64,000 nucleotides of DNA, from positions 2,464,001 through 2,528,000 of the forward strand of contig CBDCTK010000002.1 in the NCBI GenBank assembly GCA_965222225.1, in the 5' to 3' direction. This DNA comes from Candidatus Poribacteria bacterium. Its GTDB lineage: Bacteria; Poribacteria; WGA-4E; JAJDTR01. Every line of letters begins with the position of its first letter. Within the stretch, counting starts at the first letter, position 1. Below are positions 10,225 to 20,946 of the stretch, piece after piece. The notes under the pieces were generated by a model. The model did no database searches, was not told the DNA's origin, and saw only the letters and a list, made by a program, of their open reading frames with translations. A program made the position numbers and the translations under genes.

Positions 10225-10505
10225 CTCGACTTTGTACATTTGAGCGAGGCAACAAACGGTGTCAATTAAGCGTTGAAGAAAAATGAAGAAGATTTTAACC
10301 ATCTGATCTTTTTGGTTAACCATTGAAAAAGTCTCCAGCGGTTGCTGATATTATGCAACCTGTCCGGATTTCTATCGCAGTCACTATGGGATCTTCTATC
10401 GCCTTCGCTATCCACTCAGTTGATCGTTCGCTTGATCCCCGCTGCGGGTTTGGTGCTTCACGGCTTTCCGCTCACCCAACCGTTGTACGTTTGTACAAAG
10501 TCGAG
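10225..10505. mobile_element. MITE with a perfect 14-bp terminal inverted repeat
   Basis: CTCGACTTTGTACA ... TGTACAAAGTCGAG; no transposase ORF. Confidence 0.55.
10365..10435 (+). mobile_element. nested micro-elements (36-bp copy 10388-10423 inside a 35-bp copy)
   Basis: The outer copy rebuilds exactly (CTAT|TCGTTCGCTTGA) with no duplication. Confidence 0.85.
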
Positions 10506-10891
10506 CTAAAGATATTCTGACATTTCAACCGATTTTTCCGAGCGGATTGACACGACTAGATTTTTCTTTTTTTATCGGTTTTCCTCAAATCCAATAGCCT
10601 AAACTCGGGACAAGTCATCGTCTTGCCCCAAAAAGGCGCGTACGGGAGTTGGAGAATCTTATCCCCTAAAAAGTGTCAAGGTGTCTCCACGGCTAAGATC
10701 GATGATTTTGAAGAATCCGAGAATTTGGGATGACTCATGTCTAAGTGATAGGCAAATTGTCAATTTATTATTTCACACTATTCTCCCTCATTGGACGGAG
10801 CCACTAAAGCTTAGGACCTTTCATCTGTTTCGTGGTTGAAAGCATTTTAACTGGCTAAGGACGTACAACAAACCTAATATTTGGAAATGTC

Positions 10892-12268
10892 ATGATTAGA
10901 GCGGACGATTCGATTACGCCGGAATCTTTACTTCCGGATCTCGAGCACTTCTGGACGCTCTCCGGCGCGAAGATTAGGGCCATTGAAGCCAGCTGGAAAC
11001 CGGAGGACGGTTCGCCAGTCTTTACGGTCGAGGGACGCTACACGGCCCAGGGATGGACCGAATGGACACAGGGCTTTCAGTACGGCTCGGCCTTCTTGCA
11101 GTACGACGCCACTGGTGACGAGACATTTCTCGAAATCGGCCGGCGCAAAACCGTCGAGGTGATGGCGACACACGTCTCCCATACCGGCGTACACGATCAC
11201 GGCTTCAACAACGTCAGCACCTACGGGAATCTCCTGCGCCTGATGAACGAGGGTCGCATTTCTGAGAACGCATGGGAACGGAGTTTTTACGAACTAGCGA
11301 CCAAGCTTTCCGGCGCCGTGCAGGCGAGCCGCTGGTCCTGTACCGACGACGGCGGCGGTTACATCTATTCCTTCAACGGGCCGCAGTCGCTTTTTTCGGA
11401 CACCATCCGCTCGCTCCGTGTGCTGGCGCTCGCCCACCGACTGAGACACGTGCTGATGAGTGAGAGGGACGAGCCCGTATCCCTGCTCGGGCGTCTGATT
11501 CAGCATGCCTGTGCCACGGCGCGCTACAACGTTTACTACGGGGAAGGTCGAGACATCTATGACGTGCGCGGCCGCGTGGTGCATGAAAGTTTGTTCAACA
11601 CGAACAACGGAAACTATCGTTCCCCGAGTACCCAGCAAGGGTATTCACCGTTTTCCACCTGGACCCGTGGCTTGGCCTGGATCGTTCTGGCGTATCCCGA
11701 GCAGCTTGAATTCCTGGCGGTACTTGATGACAGTGAGCTCGAGCCATTCGGCGGGCGCGAATCCATCGAGGGCATTATGCTCAAAGCCGCAAAGGCGAGT
11801 GCCGATTTCTACATCGAAAATACGCCGACCGACGGCATCCCCTACTGGGATACGGGCGCGCCGGGCCTCGCTGCAATGGGTGATTATCTTCACCGGCCGG
11901 CAGATCCCTTCAACGAACATGAACCCGTGGACAGTTCGGCGGCAGGCATTGCCAGCCAGGGTCTGATTCGCCTGGGCAGCTTGCTTGAGCGGCGCGGCGA
12001 GACCGATGCGGGACTGCGCTACATCCAGGCAGGCCTCACCGTATTGAAAACGCTGCTCGATGACCCCTATTTAAGCCATTCCGAGGCCCACCAGGGGCTC
12101 ATCCTGCACGCGGTCTATCACCGGCCGAACGGTTGGGACCATGTGCCCCAAGGGCACGTCGTGCCTTCGGGCGAAGCCTGTTTGTGGGGAGACTACCATG
12201 CCCGCGAAGCGGCGCTTTACGTTCAACGAATGGCGAAAGGGCTGCCCGATTACAAATTTTTCGGTTGA
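10892..12268 (+). CDS. GH88-like unsaturated glucuronyl hydrolase
   Basis: WTQGFQYG, HDHGF, QQGYS..STWTRGLAW, DSSAAGIA, WGDY. Confidence 0.8.
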   Translation: MIRADDSITPESLLPDLEHFWTLSGAKIRAIEASWKPEDGSPVFTVEGRYTAQGWTEWTQGFQYGSAFLQYDATGDETFLEIGRRKTVEVMATHVSHTGVHDHGFNNVSTYGNLLRLMNEGRISENAWERSFYELATKLSGAVQASRWSCTDDGGGYIYSFNGPQSLFSDTIRSLRVLALAHRLRHVLMSERDEPVSLLGRLIQHACATARYNVYYGEGRDIYDVRGRVVHESLFNTNNGNYRSPSTQQGYSPFSTWTRGLAWIVLAYPEQLEFLAVLDDSELEPFGGRESIEGIMLKAAKASADFYIENTPTDGIPYWDTGAPGLAAMGDYLHRPADPFNEHEPVDSSAAGIASQGLIRLGSLLERRGETDAGLRYIQAGLTVLKTLLDDPYLSHSEAHQGLILHAVYHRPNGWDHVPQGHVVPSGEACLWGDYHAREAALYVQRMAKGLPDYKFFG

Positions 12269-12291
12269 GGGAAATTTGAAAAGGTTTCCAA

Positions 12292-13761
12292 GTGAGCCAA
12301 AAACAGAGCTTTCGGCGTATCGCGTCGTTCAAGACGATTGACAATTTCCGCGAGCACCTTGAGCATCTTGGTCTGGAGTTGCCGACGGATGATGCGATCC
12401 TCACAGGCGATGATTCGCCGCTTTTAAAGCCAATCCGGTTCGGAGAACGCACGATTTGCAACCGTTGGTGCGTCCAGCCTATGGAGGGCTGGGACGGCAC
12501 GACCACTGGCGGCGTGACCGATTCCATGACCCGGCGGTGGCAGCGCTTCGGCATGAGCGGAGCCAAACTCATCTGGGGCGGCGAGGCAATGGCAGTACGG
12601 CCGGATGGCAGCGCGAATCCCAACCAACTCATCATCAACAAGACAAATCAGGCCGGCATCGCCTCGCTCCGGGAAGCGCTCCTGAGCTCGCATCGCAAGC
12701 GCTACGGAAACACCGACAATCTCCTGATCGGTTTCCAACTGACACATTCGGGTCGCTTCTCACGCCCGAAAAACGAGAAAACGCTCAATCCGCCCATTGC
12801 TTACAGGCACCCCCTTTTGGATCAGAAGTTCAGCATCACGAGCGATGCCGCTGTTTTGAGCGATGACGACATCAAACGACTAATCGACGACTATATCGCG
12901 GCGGCCGGCACGGCTTACGGCGCCGGCGCGGATTTTGTGGACATCAAGCATTGCCACGGTTATCTCCTGCACGAATTCCTGGGCGCCCACACGCGGCCGG
13001 GACCTTACGGTGGATCATTTGAAAACCGGACTCGCATTCTCCGCGAGGTTGTTGAGGGAATACGTGCTCAAGTGCCAGAGTTGGAGATTGCCGTCCGCTT
13101 GAGCACATTCGACTTTGTCCCCTTCAAGCCGCATCCCGACCATAGCACCGCGACCAAGCTCGGTCCGGGAATTCCCGAGGCCTATGACGACATCTTACCG
13201 TATCGCTATGCCTTTGGCGTGAATCCCGATGACCCCATCACTTACGACCTCGACGAACCGGAACACTTGCTCGCCCTGATCGAGTCGCTGGGGATACAGT
13301 TGGTCAATCTCTCGGCGGGTAGTCCCTACTATAATCCGCACATCCAGCGGCCGGCGCTTTTTCCCCCGAGCGACGGTTACCAGCCGCCTGAGGATCCACT
13401 GGTCGGAGTCGCACGCCAGATTCATGTGGTCAAGGCGCTCAAGGCCCGATTTCCGAATCTGATCCTGGTGGGTTCGGGCTACACGTATCTGCAGGAATAC
13501 CTCCCGCACGTGTCGCAGGCTGTGGTGCGCGCAGGCTGGGTGGACTCGGTGGGATTGGGGCGCGTGATGCTTTCCTATCCGGAGATCCTGGCCGATGCCA
13601 CCGATACCGGCGCGATTGACAAGCGGCGTATCTGCCGGACTTTTAGTGATTGCACCACGGCGCCGCGCAACGGGCTTCCGAGCGGCTGCTACCCGTTCGA
13701 CGATTACTACAAGTACAACGAAGATGCCAAGCGGCTCAAAGAGATCAAAAAGACGTTTTAG
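12292..13761 (+). CDS. NADH:flavin oxidoreductase (old yellow enzyme family)
   Basis: [32 protein letters not shown]. Confidence 0.9.
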   Translation: MSQKQSFRRIASFKTIDNFREHLEHLGLELPTDDAILTGDDSPLLKPIRFGERTICNRWCVQPMEGWDGTTTGGVTDSMTRRWQRFGMSGAKLIWGGEAMAVRPDGSANPNQLIINKTNQAGIASLREALLSSHRKRYGNTDNLLIGFQLTHSGRFSRPKNEKTLNPPIAYRHPLLDQKFSITSDAAVLSDDDIKRLIDDYIAAAGTAYGAGADFVDIKHCHGYLLHEFLGAHTRPGPYGGSFENRTRILREVVEGIRAQVPELEIAVRLSTFDFVPFKPHPDHSTATKLGPGIPEAYDDILPYRYAFGVNPDDPITYDLDEPEHLLALIESLGIQLVNLSAGSPYYNPHIQRPALFPPSDGYQPPEDPLVGVARQIHVVKALKARFPNLILVGSGYTYLQEYLPHVSQAVVRAGWVDSVGLGRVMLSYPEILADATDTGAIDKRRICRTFSDCTTAPRNGLPSGCYPFDDYYKYNEDAKRLKEIKKTF

Positions 13762-13773
13762 CGGAGGTGTAAG

Positions 13774-14556
13774 TTGGCGAACACCCTCAACCGTGTGGCC
13801 CTGATCACCGGCGGAACGCGCGGCATCGGCCTGGGCATTGCCAAAGTTCTGGCTACGGACGGCTACTATCTTGCCTTAAACGGCGTCCGTGATGAAGCCA
13901 GGGTCAAGCCGGTATTGGAGGAACTCGAAGGTCTTGGCGTCAAGGTCGTGTACGTTCAGGGTGATATTGGCGAGACTAACGATCGCGAGACGATTCTAGA
14001 CGGTGTTCAAAAGTGTTTCGGCCGCCTGGACGTCCTGGTCAACAATGCCGGCGTTGCACCGGCTATCCGCGCGGACATTTTGGAGGCCGACGAGTTAAGC
14101 TTCAACGAACTCATGCGCGTCAACTGCGGTGGGCCGTTTTTTCTCACCCAAGCGGCTGCCCGATGGATGATCGAGCAGAAAGAAAAGGACGCCACGTATG
14201 CGGGCGTGATTGTCTTCGTGACGTCGATCTCGGCTGCGGTGGCCTCAATCAACCGCGGCGATTACTGCATGAGCAAAGCAGCGCTCAGCATGGCGGCGCG
14301 TCTTTGGGCCATTCGCCTGGCGAATCACGGCATTCCAGTCTATGAACTGCGCCCGGGAATCATCAAAACGGACATGACCGCCGACGTGAAGGAAAAGTAC
14401 GACCGCCTGATTGCCGAAGGGCTTACATTGGAACCCCGCTGGGGGTGCCCCGAGGACATCGGTCGCGCCGTCGCCGCGCTCGGGCGCGGCGATCTGCCCT
14501 ATGCCACTGGGCAGGTAATCGTACAGGACGGGGGCTTGACGGTGAGTAGATTGTGA
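13774..14556 (+). CDS. short-chain dehydrogenase/reductase (3-ketoacyl-ACP reductase-like)
   Basis: TGGTRGIG, NNAG, YCMSK. Confidence 0.92.
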   Translation: MANTLNRVALITGGTRGIGLGIAKVLATDGYYLALNGVRDEARVKPVLEELEGLGVKVVYVQGDIGETNDRETILDGVQKCFGRLDVLVNNAGVAPAIRADILEADELSFNELMRVNCGGPFFLTQAAARWMIEQKEKDATYAGVIVFVTSISAAVASINRGDYCMSKAALSMAARLWAIRLANHGIPVYELRPGIIKTDMTADVKEKYDRLIAEGLTLEPRWGCPEDIGRAVAALGRGDLPYATGQVIVQDGGLTVSRL

Positions 14557-15152
14557 TTTCTTTGAAATCAATATGAAATCAGTGGATTGCGAAGAAATCA
14601 CAATCTGCCTCGGTTACATGGTGTGAACCTAGCAAAGCTGCAATCAGAATCAAGATTGGAGAACGCAGCCGGCCATGATAGACCTTCTAGCGTGACGCAC
14701 GCATTTTCGAATTGAATGCCGGCAAAGATTATCCATCTGTTTCGCTTTCGATTACAAGATGTTCCCTCATCTCGAGATGAAAGGTGCCATTCGGATTAAG
14801 GTGAGCGTATAGAGCAGGGTTAATGCGCGTAAATCCACTGCCCTGCCACGGAAAAAACGAACACATCCCTCAGAGCGTATGTGGAGAGTTAACTTGGTTC
14901 AACAAGCGATTACACAATGAACCACAATACCATAACTTCTCTTCCGCATTATCCGAAATCGGAAAGTTTGATTCTCAAATGCCACCGATCCTAGAATACT
15001 GGTAGAGTGAATGCGTAGACTGAGAATCACCCATGTTGGATAAACCCATTTACAAATCACAGGTTCTCAGCCGTTTTAACCGGATATAAGCCCCAAGACC
15101 TAGTATGGAAAATTTCGCAATTACATAAGTCTATGACGCGGAAGGTGAGTTT

Positions 15153-17069
15153 ATGGCTTTGAAGATTTCCACTTCGACTGCCGTTTTTGATGAACGGTCC
15201 ATTCTCGGAACATGGCTGAATGAGAGACTCCTGGATCCTGAAGAAATCCATCGCGAGATAGGACAATTCATCAAGGCCCGTATCCCGCCGCTTTCTCCTC
15301 CCGAAACCTTGACGGCGTGGCAGGATGAGAGCGACAGGTTGCGCCGACGGATTCTTGATGAGGTTGTATTTCGCGGGGTTCCGAACGAATGGATTGAATG
15401 GAAGCCCGAAGTTGTCTGGGGGGATTCGCTGGAAACCGGGGAGGGATACCGCATTCGGAAGTTGCGGTATGAGGCGCTTCCCCATCTGTGGATTCCCGCG
15501 CTCCTCTATGAGCCGATCAATCTTCAAGGAAAGCTCCCAGCGGTGCTGAACGTTAATGGGCACGTAGGCCCTAAAGGAAAAGCGATTCAGTATGAACAGC
15601 TCCGATGTATCAATCTTGCGAAACAAGGGATGTTGGCTTTGCATCCAGAGTGGCTTGTGTTCGGCGAGTTGGGGGATTTGGACTATAAGCACAATCGGTT
15701 GGCATATCTCGATCTCTGCGGATTAAGTGGGCTCTCAGTTTTCTATCTCGCCATGCGCAGCGGCCTGGATGTGCTTCTGGATCAGGCTGCTACGGATACG
15801 CAACGGCTAGCGATGACAGGGTTATCGGGCGGTGGCTGGCAAACGATTATCCTCGGATCATTGGACAAGCGCTTGTCTCTGCTGGTGCCGAATGCAGGAT
15901 ATATCGGATTGGATCAGCGCGTCGATCATCGATCTGACATCGGCGATCTCGAGCAAAATCCGACGGATCTGGTTTCAATCGCGGACTACACTCATCTTAC
16001 CGCCATGCTCGCACCACGTCCGACTTTGCTGATTTATAACGAAAAAGATGATTGCTGCTTTGTTTCAGAGCGAGCGAAACCTTCTGTTTTCGATCCAATC
16101 GTGCCATTCTACAGGCTCTTTGACCGTGAGACGGACTTTGAATTTTACGAGAACACGAATCCTGGGACACATAATTATGATCGGGACAACCGGCAGCAGT
16201 TTTACCGCTTCATCCATCATCACTTCCTCCCAGATGCGCCAATCGGCGAAGAAATCCCTTCCGAAACTGAATTGCTCAACCCGGATCAATTAGAGATGGG
16301 GCTACCTGAAGACAACGCGAATTTCTTTACATTAGCTCAGGCGCAACTTTCATCTCTGCCGAAAAATCGCCCGCCAACAGATGACCTACTTGCTGTCCAA
16401 AAGTGGCAGGAGAAGGCGCGATCTCGCCTTCTCAATCTGCTGAATTTGAAACCGATGCGAGCGAAGGCAATTGACCTTCGGCGCGCTTCACACGGAGAAC
16501 TGGAAGCCACATGGTACAGGTTGACTGTTGGGGAAGCGTGGAGCATTTCCGCACTGGTTGTGTCCAAAGCCTCTCCGCAGACCACAGTAATCACCTTCGC
16601 GGATGCTGGACGTGCGACAATGGAGGGGCTCATCAAGGAACAAATCGAAGCGGGTTCACGGGTTATTGCCGTCGATCCATTGTTCATGGGAGAATGCACG
16701 CCGAAGGGCGCTGCCCCGTCACATTACGCAATGATGATAGGGACGGTAGGTGAGCGTCCACTGGGGATACAGGTAGGCCAGATCGACGCAGTTGTAAAAT
16801 GGGCTTACCAGCAATACGGTGGTCAGCCGGTATACCTGCATTCTAGCGGATGGACTGCTGGAATTGTCGCAATCATGGCTGCCGGATTAAATCCGGATAG
16901 GATAGATCGGGTTGTCGTTCAAAATGGGTTGCCGAGTTTGAAACGACTCATCGAAGATCGTCTGGATTACGAGCAGTACCCCACGCTCTTCTGCTTCGGA
17001 CTATTGGAACAGTTCGACGTCGCGGAGCTAGTGGCTCTCTGTTTCCCCCGGAACGTAATAATCCAATGA
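15153..17069 (+). CDS. alpha/beta-hydrolase, acetylxylan esterase-like, two-domain
   Basis: GLSGGG nucleophile elbow, APRPTL, GTHNY. Confidence 0.75.
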   Translation: MALKISTSTAVFDERSILGTWLNERLLDPEEIHREIGQFIKARIPPLSPPETLTAWQDESDRLRRRILDEVVFRGVPNEWIEWKPEVVWGDSLETGEGYRIRKLRYEALPHLWIPALLYEPINLQGKLPAVLNVNGHVGPKGKAIQYEQLRCINLAKQGMLALHPEWLVFGELGDLDYKHNRLAYLDLCGLSGLSVFYLAMRSGLDVLLDQAATDTQRLAMTGLSGGGWQTIILGSLDKRLSLLVPNAGYIGLDQRVDHRSDIGDLEQNPTDLVSIADYTHLTAMLAPRPTLLIYNEKDDCCFVSERAKPSVFDPIVPFYRLFDRETDFEFYENTNPGTHNYDRDNRQQFYRFIHHHFLPDAPIGEEIPSETELLNPDQLEMGLPEDNANFFTLAQAQLSSLPKNRPPTDDLLAVQKWQEKARSRLLNLLNLKPMRAKAIDLRRASHGELEATWYRLTVGEAWSISALVVSKASPQTTVITFADAGRATMEGLIKEQIEAGSRVIAVDPLFMGECTPKGAAPSHYAMMIGTVGERPLGIQVGQIDAVVKWAYQQYGGQPVYLHSSGWTAGIVAIMAAGLNPDRIDRVVVQNGLPSLKRLIEDRLDYEQYPTLFCFGLLEQFDVAELVALCFPRNVIIQ

Positions 17070-17371
17070 AGCGTGAGTTCACAAGTTCACGGGCTCATTC
17101 GCGCATCACGTTTCACACAGTAAGGAAATCTAATATTCTGTAAATGCAACTCAGGACCCCCCTACTGGTCTATCAAGTCGATGAGTGTATGCTCTTGTTG
17201 GTTGGCGTTTTACGACGCCACAACGGTTGTCGAAGCGGGTGCGGTAGAAGCCATAGAGCGAATTCCTTTCTTTAGGACAACAGCCGTCTCCTCACCCATT
17301 CTGCAATTCTATAGTCATTGCAATTAATAATTACACATCCTTGCGGGTAATAACATTCTTCTGTACCACAA

Positions 17372-17406
17372 GAGATCTCTATCGCACTCGCTATTCACTC
17401 GCTTGA
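17372..17406 (+). mobile_element. 35-bp micro-element
   Basis: GAGATCTCTATCGCACTCGCTATTCACTCGCTTGA followed by TC. Confidence 0.8.
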
Positions 17407-17732
17407 TCTGTTAGATTGTGGCATGCGCAAACTAACAGTTTGCGCTACGCGGAAGCGTTCGATTCTGTGGGTAATTAGATTCTTCTGTACCACAATTATA
17501 TAACCAATCTATCTATGTGCGAACACTCTCAATTTTTGCATGTCTTAGTGCATATCGTCATCGTTCATTAACATACAATCATAATATGTGTAAATATGAA
17601 TGTAAATGACTAAAAGTTTGGAATCGACACTTTCCTTTTGTGATGTAACGGGTTAGAATCTTCAATGTTCGTCAAAGTTTGATTTCGCCGACATTCATGC
17701 CGAAATTGCCCCTGATAGAGAGGAATCTTTCC

Positions 17733-20042
17733 ATGTCTAAGAATTCATCGCTCAAGTTGCCAGTCGGCGACCATCCGACGCCCCTCGCGATGCCCCATTT
17801 CCCGGCGCCCCTGCACGCCGTCATCTGGCGCAACTGGGAACTGGCTCCTGTCGAACGTTTGGCCAAGGTACTCAGGGCGACGCCGGAGCAGGTCGAGGAG
17901 ATTGGGCGCTCAATGGGCCTGCCCGAGTCGCAGCCGATTTCGCCGGAAGTCTGGCGACGTAGCTATATCACCGTCATCCGGCGCAATTGGCACCTGCTGC
18001 CTTACGAGCAACTGCTGGAACTACTCGGCTGGACCGCGGATGAGATGGCCTACACGCTGCGGGAGGACGATTTCCTCTACATCAAGCTGGGAAGCCACAA
18101 ACCTAAATGCCCGCCCGTGCGCTACGCGCCACCGGACGAGGCGGCGCGGCAGAAAGCCGCGTGGATACGTGACTGCATAAAGGACCACTTCGGCGATGTC
18201 TGGACCGTTGCGCCGGAGCCGCGATTCGCATTTGTGCAAGACCTATCAGCACGTGTGGCGAAACCTTCTCCGCCACCCGCATATCCGTCCGAGGATGGTT
18301 TCAACATACGCTTTCTTTACTCCTACTTTGGCCTCTACGGCGATCCGCTTCTTAACCCAGAACTTGACCCGTATCCCGATGGCTACCTGGCCCGATTGGC
18401 GCAGCTGGGAGTCAACGGTGTCTGGTTGCAAGGAGTGCTCCACAAATTAGCTCCATGGTCGCCCCATCCCGAATTGAGCCAGGATTTCGAGTGGCGCCTG
18501 ACCAACCTGCGTCACCTGGTGGAACGCGCGCGACGACATGGCGTAGGGGTGTATCTCTACCTCAACGAGCCACGCGCCATGCCTCTATCTTTTTTTGAAG
18601 ACCATTCCGACTGGCGAGGCATAGCCGAGGGAGAGTATGCCGCCCTATGCACGAGTGTCCCGACAGTACAGGTGTTCCTGCGGGATGGGCTGACCCATGT
18701 CTTTGATCATGTACCGGACCTGGCAGGCGTGTTCACCATTTCAGCGTCGGAGAACCTGACTAACTGCTGGTCACACGGCCGTGGGGTCGACTGTCCACGA
18801 TGCGGCCAGCGCTCACCAGCTGACGTAATCGCCGAAGTCAATCGCCTGGTGGCCGAAGGTGTGCATCGCGCTCAACCCCAAGCACAGGTGATTGTTTGGG
18901 ACTGGGGTTGGGCTGATGAGTGGGCGACCGACGCCATTGATTTGTTGCCCCGCGATGTGTCGCTGATGAGCGTCAGCGAATGGAGTTTGCCGATTATACG
19001 CGGCGGCATCGCCAGCACAGTGGGTGAGTATTCCATCTCGTCTGTCGGACCGGGGCCGCGGGCAACCACACACTGGTCGGTCGCGCGGCAAGCGGGCCTG
19101 CCCACTGTGGCCAAGGTGCAGTTGAACAGCACTTGGGAGCTGTCGGCCGTGCCATATCTTCCCTGCATGGACCTGGTAGCCGAGCATCTGGAGAACCTGA
19201 CGCGGGCAGAGGTGAATAGGCTGATGCTCAGCTGGACGGTGGGTGGTTATCCTTCCCCTAACCTGGCGTTGGCTGCCCGCTACTGCGGCCAAACCGACGT
19301 CACGTCTGAGGATAATCTGGACGCGGTCGCGGAAGAATTCTATGGGTCTGTCCTCGCCCCGGTGGTGCGACAGTCCTGGACGAGGTGCAGCGAGGCATTC
19401 CGGGAATTCCCCTTTCATGTCGGCGTGGTCTACAAGGCTCCCGTTCAGGTCGGGCCGGCGAACCTGCTTTTTGACGCCCCGACCGGCTACCAAGCGACCA
19501 TGAGCGGTCTACCCTATGACGACCTGGTTGGTTGGCGAGCCATCTACCCGCCGGAGGTGTTCATCACTCAGATGGAGAAAGTCGCCACCGGTTGGCGGGA
19601 AGCGCTGGAGATACTACGTGCCGCCGCCCCACCTGTTCGTAGTCAATCGCACAGCGAGAGCGAGATTGTGTGCAGGTTAGACGACACCCCGCTTCATTCT
19701 ATGCCAGATTACAAACGGGTCGCTTTCGACGACCTCCTCCGCGTGATGGAAGCAGCCTACCTACATTTCCACAGCGTCGCCCAGCAGTCCCGTTTTGTGC
19801 TGGCCCGGAACTGTTTGGCAGAGGCAACGCATCTAGCGAAGCGGGAGGAACTCCGCGCGACCTTGGGCCATCTATTGATCGACGAGATCGCGGCGGCCCG
19901 TCAGCTCTTCGACCTGGTCACGGCCGACAGTCGAATCGGCTTTGAGTCGAGTAACCAATACTACTACACCCGCCTGGATCTGGCTGAAAAGGTACTCAAC
20001 TGCCTAGACTTGCGGCAGCGCTGGCTAGCAGAACATGGATAG
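17733..20042 (+). CDS. conserved hypothetical protein, probable TIM-barrel glycoside hydrolase-like
   Basis: Long GC-rich ORF with GAGAGG RBS; GVNGVWLQ, GVYLYLNEP, VIVWDWGW. Confidence 0.7.
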   Translation: MSKNSSLKLPVGDHPTPLAMPHFPAPLHAVIWRNWELAPVERLAKVLRATPEQVEEIGRSMGLPESQPISPEVWRRSYITVIRRNWHLLPYEQLLELLGWTADEMAYTLREDDFLYIKLGSHKPKCPPVRYAPPDEAARQKAAWIRDCIKDHFGDVWTVAPEPRFAFVQDLSARVAKPSPPPAYPSEDGFNIRFLYSYFGLYGDPLLNPELDPYPDGYLARLAQLGVNGVWLQGVLHKLAPWSPHPELSQDFEWRLTNLRHLVERARRHGVGVYLYLNEPRAMPLSFFEDHSDWRGIAEGEYAALCTSVPTVQVFLRDGLTHVFDHVPDLAGVFTISASENLTNCWSHGRGVDCPRCGQRSPADVIAEVNRLVAEGVHRAQPQAQVIVWDWGWADEWATDAIDLLPRDVSLMSVSEWSLPIIRGGIASTVGEYSISSVGPGPRATTHWSVARQAGLPTVAKVQLNSTWELSAVPYLPCMDLVAEHLENLTRAEVNRLMLSWTVGGYPSPNLALAARYCGQTDVTSEDNLDAVAEEFYGSVLAPVVRQSWTRCSEAFREFPFHVGVVYKAPVQVGPANLLFDAPTGYQATMSGLPYDDLVGWRAIYPPEVFITQMEKVATGWREALEILRAAAPPVRSQSHSESEIVCRLDDTPLHSMPDYKRVAFDDLLRVMEAAYLHFHSVAQQSRFVLARNCLAEATHLAKREELRATLGHLLIDEIAAARQLFDLVTADSRIGFESSNQYYYTRLDLAEKVLNCLDLRQRWLAEHG

Positions 20043-20239
20043 GAATCGGCCACAGATGCACAGAGAAGCAACCACATTCCATTGAATTTAGTGGAAAGCC
20101 GCCGCGACCTCCGAGCAGGTAGTCGCGCAGAGTAATCGCATCTTTTTTCTGGACAGCATAATGGTTAGACGTGCTCTAGCAGCACATATCACTGAGGGGG
20201 AATCACCGTGTTGGGGCTGATTGTTCCTGGGAAACAGAT

Positions 20240-20620
20240 TCCATCCCGGCAAATTGAGATTAAAACCGACACGCGCCTTCGCTTTTTCGTTGAGGTGGTG
20301 TAATCGCCCCATTCAATTGACAGTATTTTATATCAAGCTGCCGTCGAAGACAAAAAAGCGTCCCAACTCGAGATGCTTGTTGCTGACCACGTTTGCGGCT
20401 TCATGGCTGAGGCCACCAAAGAGGACGAACATTTGGTCCAGCCCATGGATATAGAGGGGATCGAAAAGCGCGCTTTCTTGATTCCCATACGGATAAAGCT
20501 GAGGGTTGCAGGTTACAATTCACGCTGTTGCGATGCCTTGAACTACTGATTCGTACGCGAACTTGAGCAGGGCGATCCCTATCGATTCAATAATCAGCCC
20601 ACCAAAGATGATGCTTCATA
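20240..20620 (-). pseudogene. IS4-family transposase remnant
   Basis: Degenerate GLDQM...HLELGRFFVFDGSLI...KAKARVGFNLN with stops; boundaries approximate. Confidence 0.5.
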
Positions 20621-20946
20621 GTGACCGTTGCTGTAAGGGCAGGATTTTTTCCCTGCCCCATAAGGAGTCGTCAAGGGTTTTACGACGGGAATCCCAGCAA
20701 TACGAGACGTACTCTCTAAAGTTGGTTCCTTTGCAGGCTCTATATTTGCTACGCAGGTGTGAACTCAATGCTGCGATTGTTGAGCGATTGAATTTTAGTA
20801 ATGTGCTTGAGTATCCCCAACAAGGTGCCATGCAACAGATTCCATGTTGGGGCATTGTCTGCGGTGACAGGTTGCGGCAGTAGATGCGTCCTGTCGGTCT
20901 TTGCGCATTGCTGGCTGAGAGAAGAATGTCCTTCAAAATGTGAACC

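Noticed and set aside
17372-17406. Micro-element as a coding repeat (one frame reads like GISIALAIHSLD without stops)
   Set aside because: The variable positions are explained by base-pair covariation, 35-bp copies shift frames, and most copies are non-coding.
17343-17494. About 29-bp imperfect direct repeat (GGGTAAT...ATTCTTCTGTACCACAA)
   Set aside because: Only two copies in a repeat-rich spacer; no function or element boundaries can be supported.
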